From an uncultured Chloroflexia bacterium (GTDB lineage Bacteria > Chloroflexota > Limnocylindria > Limnocylindrales > CSP1-4), in assembly GCA_963736545.1 (NCBI GenBank), contig CAVTPA010000001.1, forward strand, positions 1,793,660-1,857,659: a stretch of DNA of 64,000 nt, written 5' to 3'. This document shows positions 1 through 10,030 of the stretch, one piece after another. The stretch's first letter is position 1; each line of letters opens with the position of its first letter. Under the pieces are notes generated by a model that made no database searches, had not been told where the DNA came from, and saw only the letters and a list, made by a program, of their open reading frames with translations. A program made the position numbers and the translations under genes.

Positions 1-887
1 TCGCGACGCTCGGGCTCGCGGTGGTCGGATGCTCGGCCTTCGGGCCCCCGGAGCTGTCCGCGGGACAGAAGTCGTGGTGCCTCGGCCACAGCCTTCCCGA
101 CCTGGAGGGCGGCCCGTCGGTCGCCGGCTCGGCGCGCCGACTCGAGATCGCCTCGCCGGAGGTCGAGCGGGCGGTCGGTGTCCTGGAGGCCACGTACGGC
201 GAAGGGTCCCGGCTCGCAGCCGCCGTCGTCGCCGCCGAGGTCGGCGGCGATGCGGCCGCGATCGACGAGGCGCGCGGGGCCTACACCACGTGGCAGGCCG
301 AGGTCGCGCTCCCGGCGCAGGAGGAGGCGGCGGCGGCCGTCGGGGCCTGGTCGACGACACCCGCGTGGGCGGAGGCCTGCGCGGCGGCGTGGGAGGAGCG
401 GGACGTGACCGGACCGGAGCAGACGCCGGCCGGGCTCGCGACCGAGCCGCCGACGGCCGCGCCGACGTCGACGCCCGAGCCGACGGTCGCGCCCGAGCCG
501 ACGCCGCGGCTCGTGGCCAACGACACGCTGACCTACACGAGCCGCACGTCCGTGGGCCGCCTCATCGAGCTGACCCTGCGCGTGCGCAACCCGGGCAAGC
601 TGAAGGCGGGGCGTCTGAGCGCCCAGGTCGAAGGCGACGGCTATGTCGTCGGCCGGCGGACGCCGATCGTCGGGTGCGTCCCGGACTGCCGGACGGCCAC
701 GGGTTCCGAGGGCGTCATCTACGTGGAGTGGGCGGCCCCGGCGCCCGGGAAGGCCCGCGCCTACACGATCCAGCTGCGGGCAAAGCGGGCGGGCACGTAC
801 CGCATCGACGTCCGCGCGTACCGCGGCAAGGCCGGCGACCCGATCGACCAGATCGGGAGCTGGAGCGTGAAGGTCGTCGTCAGGTAG
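1..887 (+). CDS. hypothetical secreted lipoprotein, 5' end off-window
   Basis: The frame of ORF 21..887 stays open back to base 3. The residues TLGLAVVGC/SAF look like the end of a lipobox signal peptide. This is followed by an Ala/Pro/Thr-rich linker and a beta-rich C-terminal domain. No catalytic motifs recognised. Confidence 0.5.
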   Translation, partial: ATLGLAVVGCSAFGPPELSAGQKSWCLGHSLPDLEGGPSVAGSARRLEIASPEVERAVGVLEATYGEGSRLAAAVVAAEVGGDAAAIDEARGAYTTWQAEVALPAQEEAAAAVGAWSTTPAWAEACAAAWEERDVTGPEQTPAGLATEPPTAAPTSTPEPTVAPEPTPRLVANDTLTYTSRTSVGRLIELTLRVRNPGKLKAGRLSAQVEGDGYVVGRRTPIVGCVPDCRTATGSEGVIYVEWAAPAPGKARAYTIQLRAKRAGTYRIDVRAYRGKAGDPIDQIGSWSVKVVVR

Positions 888-2607
888 CCTCGCCGGGACC
901 GGGTCGACCCGGGGCGGCGCTCGCGGGGGCGGGCAGGGGCGCCGTGTCGCCTGGGCCCAGGTCGGCGGCACGGGGCCACCGGGCCTCGTCGAACAGGTCG
1001 GGGCGGTGGGTCAGCACGAGGACCGTCCGGTCCCGGACGCCGGCCTCGAGGTCGGCGACGAACGCCCGGGCGGTCGCCTCGTCGAGGTGCTCGGTCGGCT
1101 CGTCGAGGACGACGATCCGCGTGTCGGCGAGGAGCACCCGGGCCAGGGCGAGGCGCTGCCGCTGGCCGCCGGAGATGCGGGCCCCGTGCTCCCCGACCGC
1201 CGTCGCGAGGCCATCCGGGAGCGACTCGACCCAGCCGAGCAGCTGGGCGGCGGCGCAGGCCGCGCGGAGCTCGTCGTCCGACGCGCCCGGTCGAGCGAGG
1301 CGCAGGTTGTCGGCAACGGTCGCGTCGAAGACGTGGGGATCCTGCTCGCAGAGCCCGACCGCGCGGCGGACGTCGTCCCCGGCGAGGGTTGCGAGGTCGA
1401 CGCCGCCGCCCGGGCCGTCGAGCTCCAGCGTGCCGCCGGCCGGGGCGAGGAAGCGGAGGCAGGCGGCGGCAAGCGTCGTCTTCCCCGAGCCGCTCGGACC
1501 GGTCACGATCGCCCGCCCGCCCGGCGGCACGACGAGGTCGAGCGGACCGAGGGCGTCGCGGTTGGTCCCCGGATAGCGGAGGCGGAGCCCGCGCGCCCGC
1601 AGGCCGAGAGGGCCCGCGGGGACGGCCGCAGGAGCCCGCGGGTCGGGCACCGGGTCGGGGCGGTCCAGGACGTCGACGACGCGCCGCGCCGACGCGGCCA
1701 GCCCCGGCAGGGCGCGGGCGGCCGGCGCGAGCGGGGCGACGATCTCGTGCACGGCGAGCGGCGTGAGGGCGACGACGGCGAGGGCGACGCCGGCGAGCCA
1801 ACCCTCCCGGAGGGCGACGATCCCGAGCACGACGGCCGCCCACGTCGACGCGCCCGCCGCGAGCCCGGCGATGAGGCTGCCGACGCCGGACCCGGCGGCG
1901 ACCCGCCGCTCCTCCGTCGCGAGGCGGGCGTCGATCGCCACGATGCCGTCGACGGCGCGAGCAGCCGCGCCCGTGGCCAGCAGCTCCGGGGCCCCGCGGA
2001 GCAGGTCCACCGCCGCGTCCGCCAGCGCCCCGCGCGCCGGGGCAAGCCGAGCGTCGGCCCGGCGGGCGGCGGCGGAGGCCGCGAGGGGCGCTCCGACCGC
2101 CGTCACGAGGACCCCGGCCGCGAGGGCGATGCCGGCACCCGGGACGAGGCTTCCGACGAGCAGCACGGCCCCGAGCGCCACGATGCCCGTCCCGGCGTAG
2201 GGCAGGAGCACGCGCAACCAGACGTCCGCCAGGCCGTCGACGTCGCCGACGAGGCGCGCCAGGAGGTCGCCCGTGCGCAGCTCAGCGAGGCCGGCCGGCG
2301 CGAGCCGGGCGAGACGAGCGTACACGTCCGCGCGGAGCTCACCGAGGACGCGGAACGCGGCGTCGTGGGCGGCGACGCGCTCGGCGTAGCGGAGCACGCC
2401 CCGCGCGATCCCGAAGGCCCGGACGGCGGTGACGGCGGTGAACAGGTAGAGGACCGGCGGCTGCTCGGCGGCACGGGCGATGAGCCACGCCGATGTCGCG
2501 GCGAGGCCGACGGCCGCGGCCGCCGCCCCCGCCCCCGCCAGGACGGCGACCGCGAGCCGACCGGCAACGGGGCGGCCGAGGAGGGCGATCCTCGTCAGGG
2601 GCGTCAC
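880..2607 (-). CDS. cydC: thiol-reductant ABC exporter subunit CydC
   Basis: 575 aa. TM-rich N-terminal half, Walker A GPSGSGKTT, signature ISGGQRQR, Walker B VVLDEPT. It overlaps the preceding ABC gene by 4 bp and is last in a cydABDC arrangement. Confidence 0.85.
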   Translation of the reverse strand: MTPLTRIALLGRPVAGRLAVAVLAGAGAAAAAVGLAATSAWLIARAAEQPPVLYLFTAVTAVRAFGIARGVLRYAERVAAHDAAFRVLGELRADVYARLARLAPAGLAELRTGDLLARLVGDVDGLADVWLRVLLPYAGTGIVALGAVLLVGSLVPGAGIALAAGVLVTAVGAPLAASAAARRADARLAPARGALADAAVDLLRGAPELLATGAAARAVDGIVAIDARLATEERRVAAGSGVGSLIAGLAAGASTWAAVVLGIVALREGWLAGVALAVVALTPLAVHEIVAPLAPAARALPGLAASARRVVDVLDRPDPVPDPRAPAAVPAGPLGLRARGLRLRYPGTNRDALGPLDLVVPPGGRAIVTGPSGSGKTTLAAACLRFLAPAGGTLELDGPGGGVDLATLAGDDVRRAVGLCEQDPHVFDATVADNLRLARPGASDDELRAACAAAQLLGWVESLPDGLATAVGEHGARISGGQRQRLALARVLLADTRIVVLDEPTEHLDEATARAFVADLEAGVRDRTVLVLTHRPDLFDEARWPRAADLGPGDTAPLPAPASAAPGRPGPGEAT

Positions 2608-4334
2608 GAAGCGCCTCCCGCGTCGGGCGCCGTGGCCTCCGGCGCCGCAATGGGCGGCCTGCCGCGCGCGCCCGCCGGTTCCACGACCAGCGTCGCCCAG
2701 CCCACCTCCACGACGCGGTCGGCCATCGCCGCGGCCGCCGGCCGGTGGGCCACGAGCAGGACCGCCGCCCCGGCATCGGCCGCCGCCCGCACGGCCCGCA
2801 GGACCGCTGCCTCGGCGGCATCGTCGAGGCCGGCCGTCGGCTCGTCGAGGAGCAGGATCGGGGCGGCGCGCAGGAGCGCCCGGGCCACCCCGACCCGGCG
2901 GCGCTGACCGGAGGACAGCCCGGCCCCGCGCTCGCCGAGGACGGTCCCGGGGTCGAGGTCACCGAGGCCGACCGCCGCGAGGGCCTCGGCCACGGCGTCG
3001 TCGCCGGCCCCGGGCGCCGCGAGCCGGACGTTGTCGGCGACGGTGCCCTCGAAGAGAAACGGCGCCTGCGGGACCCAGCCCACCCGCCGCCGCCAGGCGT
3101 CGCCGTCGAGCGTCGCGACGTCGACGGCCGACCCGTCGGCCCCGGCGATCGACACGCGGCCCGCGTCCGGCGCCACGAACCCGAGGATCACCGCGAGCAG
3201 GGTGCTCTTCCCGGCACCGCTCGCCCCGACGACCGCAACGATCTCGCCCGCCCGAACCTCCAGCGAGGCGCTCGCCGGCGCAGCCGCGTCGCGCCCGGGC
3301 TGGACCACGCTCACGCTCTCGACGACGAGCCGGCCGCCGGCGAGGTCCGGAACGTCGGCCCCGTCCCCGGTCGGCGGCCCCGGCGCGTCGAGGACGGCGA
3401 AGGCCCGCCGGGCGGCCGTGATCCCCTCCTCGCTGGCGTGGAACTCGGCGCCGAGCCGGCGCAGCGGCAGGTACGCCTCGGGGGCGAGGACGATGGCGAA
3501 GAGACCCGTCGCGAGGTCGAGGCCCCCGTCGACGAGCCGCAGCCCCACGCCGACGGCGACGAGGGCGACGGAGATGGTCGCCAGCAGCTCGAGCACGAGG
3601 GCCGAGAGGAAGGCGACGCGCAGCGTCCCCATCGTCTCGACGCGGTAGGCGTCGGTGGCGCGGCGGAGGATCGCGACCTGCGCGTCCGCGCGGCCGAACG
3701 CGCGGAGGGTCGGCAGCCCGGCGACGACGTCGAGGAACCGGTGGGCGAGGCGAGACAGCGCGTCCCAGCGGCGGCGGCGGCGGGTCTCGGACATCCGCCC
3801 GACGAGCACCATGAAGACGGGAATGAGCGGCACGGTCAGGGCCACGGTGAGGGCCGCGACGAGGTCCGCCGTGGCCAGGCAGAGCACGACCGCCACCGGC
3901 ACGATCGCGGCGAGGGCCAGCTGCGGGAGGTAGCGCGCGAAGTAGCCGTCGAGCGCGTCGAGGCCGCGCGTCGCCAGGAGGACGAGCTCGCCGCTGCGAG
4001 CCTCGGACGCCCAGCGGGGCCCGAGCTCCACGGCCCGGCCGAGGACCTGCCGCCTGAGGTCCGACTTCACGACCCCGCTGATCCGCTGGGCGACGACTTC
4101 GGCGCCCCAGCCGAGCCCCGCGCGCGCCGCGAAGACGGCCGCGAGAAGCACGAGCGGCGCCGCGAGGTCGGCCGGCCCGAGGCCGTCCTCGATCGCCCCG
4201 GCGATCGCGCCGGCGAGCAGCCCCGCCTGGGCGACCGCGAGGAGCGCGCTGACGACGCCGAGGACGACGGCCGCCGCGAGGGCGGCCGTCGCGACCCGCC
4301 CCGACGCGAGGAGGCGCCGGTCAGCCGGGGTCAT
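2604..4334 (-). CDS. cydD: thiol-reductant ABC exporter subunit CydD
   Basis: 576 aa. TM domain, Walker A GASGAGKST, signature LSSGQRRR, Walker B LLLDEPT. It lies immediately downstream of cydB. Confidence 0.85.
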   Translation of the reverse strand: MTPADRRLLASGRVATAALAAAVVLGVVSALLAVAQAGLLAGAIAGAIEDGLGPADLAAPLVLLAAVFAARAGLGWGAEVVAQRISGVVKSDLRRQVLGRAVELGPRWASEARSGELVLLATRGLDALDGYFARYLPQLALAAIVPVAVVLCLATADLVAALTVALTVPLIPVFMVLVGRMSETRRRRRWDALSRLAHRFLDVVAGLPTLRAFGRADAQVAILRRATDAYRVETMGTLRVAFLSALVLELLATISVALVAVGVGLRLVDGGLDLATGLFAIVLAPEAYLPLRRLGAEFHASEEGITAARRAFAVLDAPGPPTGDGADVPDLAGGRLVVESVSVVQPGRDAAAPASASLEVRAGEIVAVVGASGAGKSTLLAVILGFVAPDAGRVSIAGADGSAVDVATLDGDAWRRRVGWVPQAPFLFEGTVADNVRLAAPGAGDDAVAEALAAVGLGDLDPGTVLGERGAGLSSGQRRRVGVARALLRAAPILLLDEPTAGLDDAAEAAVLRAVRAAADAGAAVLLVAHRPAAAAMADRVVEVGWATLVVEPAGARGRPPIAAPEATAPDAGGAS

Positions 4335-4361
4335 GCACGGCCGGGGGACTCGGCCATCGGC

Positions 4362-5369
<1,008 letters not shown>

Positions 5370-5375
5370 AGCCCC

Positions 5376-6776
5376 TCAGTACCCGAGCCCGAGCGAGGGC
5401 TCGCCCTCGCCGTGGACGCCCGCGTCGGCGTCGGCCTCCGGGAGCCCGAGCCTCACCTGGCGGAGCAGCAGGCCGACCTCGACGATCGCCAGGGCCCCGT
5501 AGATGAGGGTGAAGCCGACGAGCGTGATCGCCACCGCGTACCACGGGTTCGACGGCGACACGCCGAGCGGCGTCGTCATCAGCCCCCAGACGATCCAGGG
5601 CTGGCGGCCCATCTCCGTGAAGATCCAGCCGATGGAGTTGGCGGCGAGCGGCAGGAACGGCAGGAGGATCGCCGTCGCGACCATCAGCCGCGACGGCATC
5701 CGGTCCTTGCGCATCCGCCACAGGAGCCAGACCGCCACGAGGGCGGCGAGGGCCCCGGCCCCGATCATCAGGCGGAAGCCCCAGTAGGCGACCGGGATGT
5801 TCGGCGTCCAGTCGCCCGGGCCGAACTCCGCCTCGTACTGCGCCTGGAGGTTGTTGATCCCCTCCACGGTGCCGGTCGGATCGCCAGTGGCCATGAACGA
5901 CAGGAGGTACGGCACCCGGATCGAGAAGATCTCCTCGGAGCCGTCGAGCGTGCCGATCGTGAAGAGCGAGAGGCCGGCCGAGTCGGTCGTCTCCCAGAGC
6001 GCCTCGGCGGCGGCCATCTTCATCGGCTGGACGTCGGTCATGATCCGGGCCTGGACGTCGCCGGTGACGACGACGAGGAGGCCGGACACCACGAGCATCC
6101 AGGCGCCGACCTTCGCCGCCGTGCGGTAGGCAGCCCGGTCGATGTCGGGATGGCGGAGGAGCCGCCACATCGCCACCCCGGCCACGAATGCGCCGCCGGT
6201 CATGAACGCGGCGGGGATCGTATGGGCGAAGGTGATGAGCGCCACCGGCGAGGTGAGGACGGCCACGATGTCGACGAGCTCGGCCCGCCCGGCGGCCTCG
6301 TTGAACGTGTAGCCGACCGGGTACTGCATCCACGAGTTGGCGGCCAGGATGAAGTAGGCCGAGAGGACCGTGCCGACGGCGGCGATCCAGATCGTCGCAA
6401 GGTGGACCCGCTTCGAGAGGCGGTCCCAGCCGAAGATCCAGAGGCCGAGGAAGGTCGACTCGAGGAAGAAGGCGAGCAGGCCTTCGATCGCGAGCGGCGC
6501 CCCGAAGATGTCGCCGACGAAGCGGCTGTAGTCGCTCCAGTTCATCCCGAACTGGAACTCCTGGACGATGCCGGTGACCACGCCGAGCGCGAAGTTGATG
6601 AGGAAGAGCTTCCCGAAGAACCGGGTCAGGCGCAGGTACTTCTCGTTGCCGGTCCGGTACCAGGCCGTCTGCAGGCCGGCGACCGTGAAGGCGAGCGAGA
6701 TCGTGAGCGGGACGAAGAGGAAGTGGTAGACGGTCGTGATGCCGAACTGCCACCGGGCGAGCAGGAGCGGATCCAC
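5376..6776 (-). CDS. cydA: cytochrome bd ubiquinol oxidase subunit I
   Basis: 466 aa with the typical CydA N-terminus (LARWQFGITTVYHFLFVPLTISL) and a Q-loop region. Confidence 0.95.
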   Translation of the reverse strand: MDPLLLARWQFGITTVYHFLFVPLTISLAFTVAGLQTAWYRTGNEKYLRLTRFFGKLFLINFALGVVTGIVQEFQFGMNWSDYSRFVGDIFGAPLAIEGLLAFFLESTFLGLWIFGWDRLSKRVHLATIWIAAVGTVLSAYFILAANSWMQYPVGYTFNEAAGRAELVDIVAVLTSPVALITFAHTIPAAFMTGGAFVAGVAMWRLLRHPDIDRAAYRTAAKVGAWMLVVSGLLVVVTGDVQARIMTDVQPMKMAAAEALWETTDSAGLSLFTIGTLDGSEEIFSIRVPYLLSFMATGDPTGTVEGINNLQAQYEAEFGPGDWTPNIPVAYWGFRLMIGAGALAALVAVWLLWRMRKDRMPSRLMVATAILLPFLPLAANSIGWIFTEMGRQPWIVWGLMTTPLGVSPSNPWYAVAITLVGFTLIYGALAIVEVGLLLRQVRLGLPEADADAGVHGEGEPSLGLGY

Positions 6777-6978
6777 GGGGCGGCGACCTCCAGCGGAATC
6801 TCGGGATCACCCGCCAGCGTGGCGCCCGTGACCTTCCGCCGGATCGGCCGAACGGCCCAAATCCGTGTGCCGCCCGGACGCCAGAGCGAGACGCGATCTC
6901 AATAGCCGCGGCCCGCCTGCCGGCGCCGTCAGCCGGCCGCCGGTGCCGTCAACCCGCCCCAGACGCCCAGGGCCGCCG

Positions 6979-7251
6979 TCAGGTGGCGGCCGGCTCGCCC
7001 CCCGGGTCCTCGGCTTCGAACGAGACCAGTCGCAGCTCGATGAGGTCGTCGGTGGGAGTCACGACGAGCTCCGCCCCCTCCGCGACCGTGCCGGCCGCGT
7101 GCTCGGCCCAGTGGAACCGGAGCGCGTCCTCGGCGACGCCGGAGAGAGGGCCTGCCTCGAGGCTGATCCGCGTCACCCGCCCGGCGCCGGCCTCGGCCGC
7201 GCGCGCCAGCACCACCTCGAGGATGCGATCGACCATGCCGGCTTCGTGCAT
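6979..7251 (-). CDS. HypA/HybF-like protein lacking the zinc-finger module
   Basis: This is the last 90 aa of ORF 6979..8487, starting MHEAGMV. The MHE N-terminus and the register (RVTRISLEAGPLSGV..ALRFHW...GTVAEGAELVV...LIELRLVSFEAE) follow HypA. No CxxC...CxxC segment is present. Confidence 0.5.
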   Translation of the reverse strand: MHEAGMVDRILEVVLARAAEAGAGRVTRISLEAGPLSGVAEDALRFHWAEHAAGTVAEGAELVVTPTDDLIELRLVSFEAEDPGGEPAAT

Positions 7252-7307
7252 GTGGCTCTCCGTGTCGTGTGACCTGCCCGGGGCTGAGCAGCGGGACGAC
7301 CGCGGCG

Positions 7308-7721
7308 TCAGTCGGTGACGCCGACGTTCTCGATCTCCTCGTCGTGCAGGGCGGCGTGCGCCTTCGCCTCGTCGTCGACACAGAAGATCATGTCCACCTT
7401 GCCCGGCTTGTGCCCGACCATGAGCGTCCCGCACAGGTTCACGCCCGCGGTGGCCAGGCGGTCGGCGGCGTCGGCGATCCCACCCGGCCGGTCGTCGACC
7501 TCGATGAGGAGCGGCGCACCCTCGACGTACGAGTGGCCGAGACCGTGGAGGACCTCCCGCGTGGCGGCCGCGTCGGAGGTGGTGATGAACGCGGCGCCGA
7601 GATCGCCGGCCCCGACCGCGCCGATGTGCTTGATGTCGATGCCGCGCGACGCGAGCGCGCGCGCGAGGTGAGCGAGCTCGCCGGGCTTGTTCTCGAGCTG
7701 GACGACGAACTGGCGGGCCAT
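7308..7721 (-). CDS. ACT domain-containing protein
   Basis: This is the last 137 aa of ORF 7308..8249, starting MARQFVVQLENKPGELAHLARALASRGIDI, a typical ACT beta-alpha-beta start. A second ACT-like half reads LLIEVDDRPGGIADAADRLATAGVNL. Confidence 0.7.
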   Translation of the reverse strand: MARQFVVQLENKPGELAHLARALASRGIDIKHIGAVGAGDLGAAFITTSDAAATREVLHGLGHSYVEGAPLLIEVDDRPGGIADAADRLATAGVNLCGTLMVGHKPGKVDMIFCVDDEAKAHAALHDEEIENVGVTD

Positions 7722-7819
7722 CGCAGCGATCCTCCTCCGGCCCGGGACGCGGACCGACCTCCGGGCCGACGACGTCCGGCCCGCGGACGCATGGTGGTCC
7801 GCGACCCGGAGCGCGGCCA

Positions 7820-9550
7820 GTGCCGAGCGTCCCGGGCGCTCCCCTGCCGAATGGCGGGGTCGACCGAGCCGACGACGCTCCGGGGCGGCGGTCACCGGGC
7901 CGCGTGCCCGAACGTCTGCCCGATCGTCCCTTGGGCGAGCCATCGTCGGGCGGCATTCTCGACGGCACGTCCGAGCCCGCGCTCGAGCCCGGGCCCGAGC
8001 AAGAGTCCCGGGGCGGTCGCGATGCCGCGGCCGCCCCCGCGCGGAGACGCATGCCCGACCTGCAGCACGCCCCCGGAGCCCCCGACGCGGCGACCCGGAC
8101 GCCGGCCGCCCCGGCACCAGACCTCGAGGCGCCCACGCCCGTCGTCGCGCCCGACGAGCTCGTCCGGCGCTCGGTCGGCGCGGCAGGCGGCGGCGCAGGA
8201 CCGCCCGGGGCCCCGCCGGGCCTGCGCCCGACGCCGCACGGCCTGCCACCCGGCGCGATCGGCACGGCCGCGCTGCTCGGCATCCAGCGGAGTGCCGGCA
8301 ACCGGGCGGCGGCCGGGCTCGTCGCCGGGATGGGGCCCGGGCCGCGGCCGAGTCCCGGGCCGGCGACCGATCGCGGGCCGCAGGCCGCGCAGCGCGTTGC
8401 CGTCCAGCGCCAGGGCGCGCCCGCCGCCACGCCGACGTTCGTGATCCCGATCGAGCCCGAGACCACCAAGATGGACCTCGGGAGCAAGGCCGCCTACGTC
8501 CGCGGCTCGGTTGCGGTCAAGGGCGAGATCAAGGGCGAGCTCCTCCCGAAGGGTGGCGAGGCCGGGGCCGTCGGCCGCGGCACGACGTCGAACGTCGGCG
8601 TCCAGGAGGAGATCACCCTCGCCGAGCAGAAGGGCTACGCGATCTTCGACTCCCTGGGGATCGAGAAGGTCAAGGAGACGCTCGGCTGGGAGCTCTCGAA
8701 GAAGAAGATCGACATCTCGATCGGCGCCGAGGCGAGCTTCAAGAGCCGCTACCCCTGGCTCACCGGGATCGTCGGCATCAAGGGTGTCCTCGCCGGCATC
8801 GAGTGGGAGGGAATGGCGAAGGACCCCGGCTCGCAGTCCGTGTTGGGCCTCGAGGTGTACGGCGGGCTCAACGGCGAAGGAACCATCAACCTCAACAGCA
8901 CGACCGATCTCAAGCTCAGCGTGAAGGTGGTGGGGAGCGGCGAGGCCCACCCGAACTGGCCCCGGATCGTCGCGGAGGTCGGCAAGCGCGCCGCCGTGGA
9001 GGGTGGGAAGGCGGCCGTGCAGGCCACGACGACTGCCGCCGGGACCACCGTCCTCGCCATCGACATGGCAGCGGTCGCCTCGGCGGCTGCGGTGATCCTG
9101 ATCCCGCTGGCGGCTGCCATCGCGATGGGCTACGGCGCGTGGCAGGGCATGCAGAACGCCCGGGCGGCCCGCGAGGCGGCCGGCTACGGCGTGATCGGCC
9201 GGAAGAAGGCCGAGGAGTGCGCGAAGGGCTTCGCCCGGACGCTGACCGGGAGCTCGCCCGGCAGCGACGAGGGCTCAGCCGAGGCCGAGGCCCAGATCCA
9301 GGCCGCGATGACGGCGACGAACGCCACCCGGGAGATGGTCGTCGCGGCTGCCACCCAGGAGCAGGGCGGCTACGAGGCGATCTACGCCAAGAACCTCAAG
9401 CGGATCAAGGAGCGCATCTACGCCGACCTCGTGGCCAAGTGGTTCGCCGCGAACGAGGAGAACTTCGGCTACCTGGAGAGCCTCGGCGACGACTGGGGCC
9501 AGAAGGGCGTCTTCAAGAGCACGCTCCGCATCGTCCTGTTCGGCGACTGA
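7820..9550 (+). CDS. hypothetical membrane protein with an N-terminal LQRxxGN-type motif
   Basis: 576-aa ORF.
- A Pro/Ala-rich N-terminal region.
- The motif LLGIQRSAGNRAAAGLV (nt 8273-8323), followed by QRVAVQRQ.
- A beta-rich, Lys/Gly-rich module of about 200 aa.
- One strong TM helix (VLAIDMAAVASAAAVILIPLAAAIAMGYGAW).
- A helical C-terminal domain.
The start is uncertain. GTG 7820 gives the longest ORF, but ATG 8051 has a GGAGA-like SD and third-position GC is higher from there on. Confidence 0.6.
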   Translation: MPSVPGAPLPNGGVDRADDAPGRRSPGRVPERLPDRPLGEPSSGGILDGTSEPALEPGPEQESRGGRDAAAAPARRRMPDLQHAPGAPDAATRTPAAPAPDLEAPTPVVAPDELVRRSVGAAGGGAGPPGAPPGLRPTPHGLPPGAIGTAALLGIQRSAGNRAAAGLVAGMGPGPRPSPGPATDRGPQAAQRVAVQRQGAPAATPTFVIPIEPETTKMDLGSKAAYVRGSVAVKGEIKGELLPKGGEAGAVGRGTTSNVGVQEEITLAEQKGYAIFDSLGIEKVKETLGWELSKKKIDISIGAEASFKSRYPWLTGIVGIKGVLAGIEWEGMAKDPGSQSVLGLEVYGGLNGEGTINLNSTTDLKLSVKVVGSGEAHPNWPRIVAEVGKRAAVEGGKAAVQATTTAAGTTVLAIDMAAVASAAAVILIPLAAAIAMGYGAWQGMQNARAAREAAGYGVIGRKKAEECAKGFARTLTGSSPGSDEGSAEAEAQIQAAMTATNATREMVVAAATQEQGGYEAIYAKNLKRIKERIYADLVAKWFAANEENFGYLESLGDDWGQKGVFKSTLRIVLFGD

Positions 9551-9638
9551 CCGCGGCTGCGGCGCCGGATGTCGGCCGCGACGCCGTCGCGACTGAGGGC
9601 CCCGCGCCGAGCGTTCCCGGGGCCGCGGGGCCGGCGGT

Positions 9639-9707
9639 CCGCGGGTTCGCGTGTGCCGCCGGGGTCCGCCCGTGGCCGGGATCCGCCCGTGGCCGGCGAA
9701 CCCGCGG
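9639..9707. repeat. 12-bp perfect-stem hairpin enclosing a 2x tandem 15-mer
   Basis: CCGCGGGTTCGC (9639-9650) is the exact complement of GCGAACCCGCGG (9696-9707). The loop contains TCCGCCCGTGGCCGG twice (9665-9679 and 9682-9696). Confidence 0.8.
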
Positions 9708-9923
9708 GAGTGCACGTGAAGTGAACGTTCCGCTCCGTCGCCACGCGTCGGCGGGCCTTCACCCCGGGTCACTGAACCCTCCCGGGCCGCCGGCCGGCAC
9801 GATCCGCGCCGGCCCGTGCTCGCCCACGCTCCCCGTCCCACGCGGCTCGAGCGATTGGGGGGTCCGCACGGGCCCCGAACGCGCCGCCGGCCCGTCGCAT
9901 GTTGACTTCACGTGCGATCCCGC
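9704..9923. repeat. imperfect inverted repeat pair (about 23 bp, 20/23) bracketing about 165 bp
   Basis: Arm 1 (9704-9729) is GCGGGAGTGCACGTGAAGTGAACGTT. The reverse complement of arm 2 (9896-9923) is GCGGGATCGCACGTGAAGTCAACATGCG. Confidence 0.7.
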
Positions 9924-9929
9924 AGGTCG

Positions 9930-10024
9930 CCCATCGCCGCGGGCTGGCCACGGTCCGGCCGCCCCCATCGCCGCGGCCTGGGCACGGTCCGGCCGCCCCC
10001 ATCGCCGCGGGCTCTCCGGCCGCG
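9930..10024. repeat. tandem repeat, period 33-34 bp, about 2.8 copies
   Basis: The unit CCCCATCGCCGCGGSCTGGSCACGGTCCGGCCGC recurs at 9930-9962 and 9963-9996, with a partial copy at 9997-10024. It lies directly 3' of the thioesterase gene. Confidence 0.85.
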
Positions 10025-10030
10025 CGCAGG

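Noticed and set aside
6777-6978. A Rex- or CRP/FNR-type operator upstream of cydA
   Set aside because: No TTGTGA-N6-TCACAA-like or TTGAT-N4-ATCAA-like palindrome is visible in the 200-bp leader. Nothing supportable.
9930-10024. Possible CRISPR array (33-34-bp repeats)
   Set aside because: The copies are directly contiguous with no spacers. There are only about 2.8 units and no cas genes nearby. This is a plain tandem repeat.
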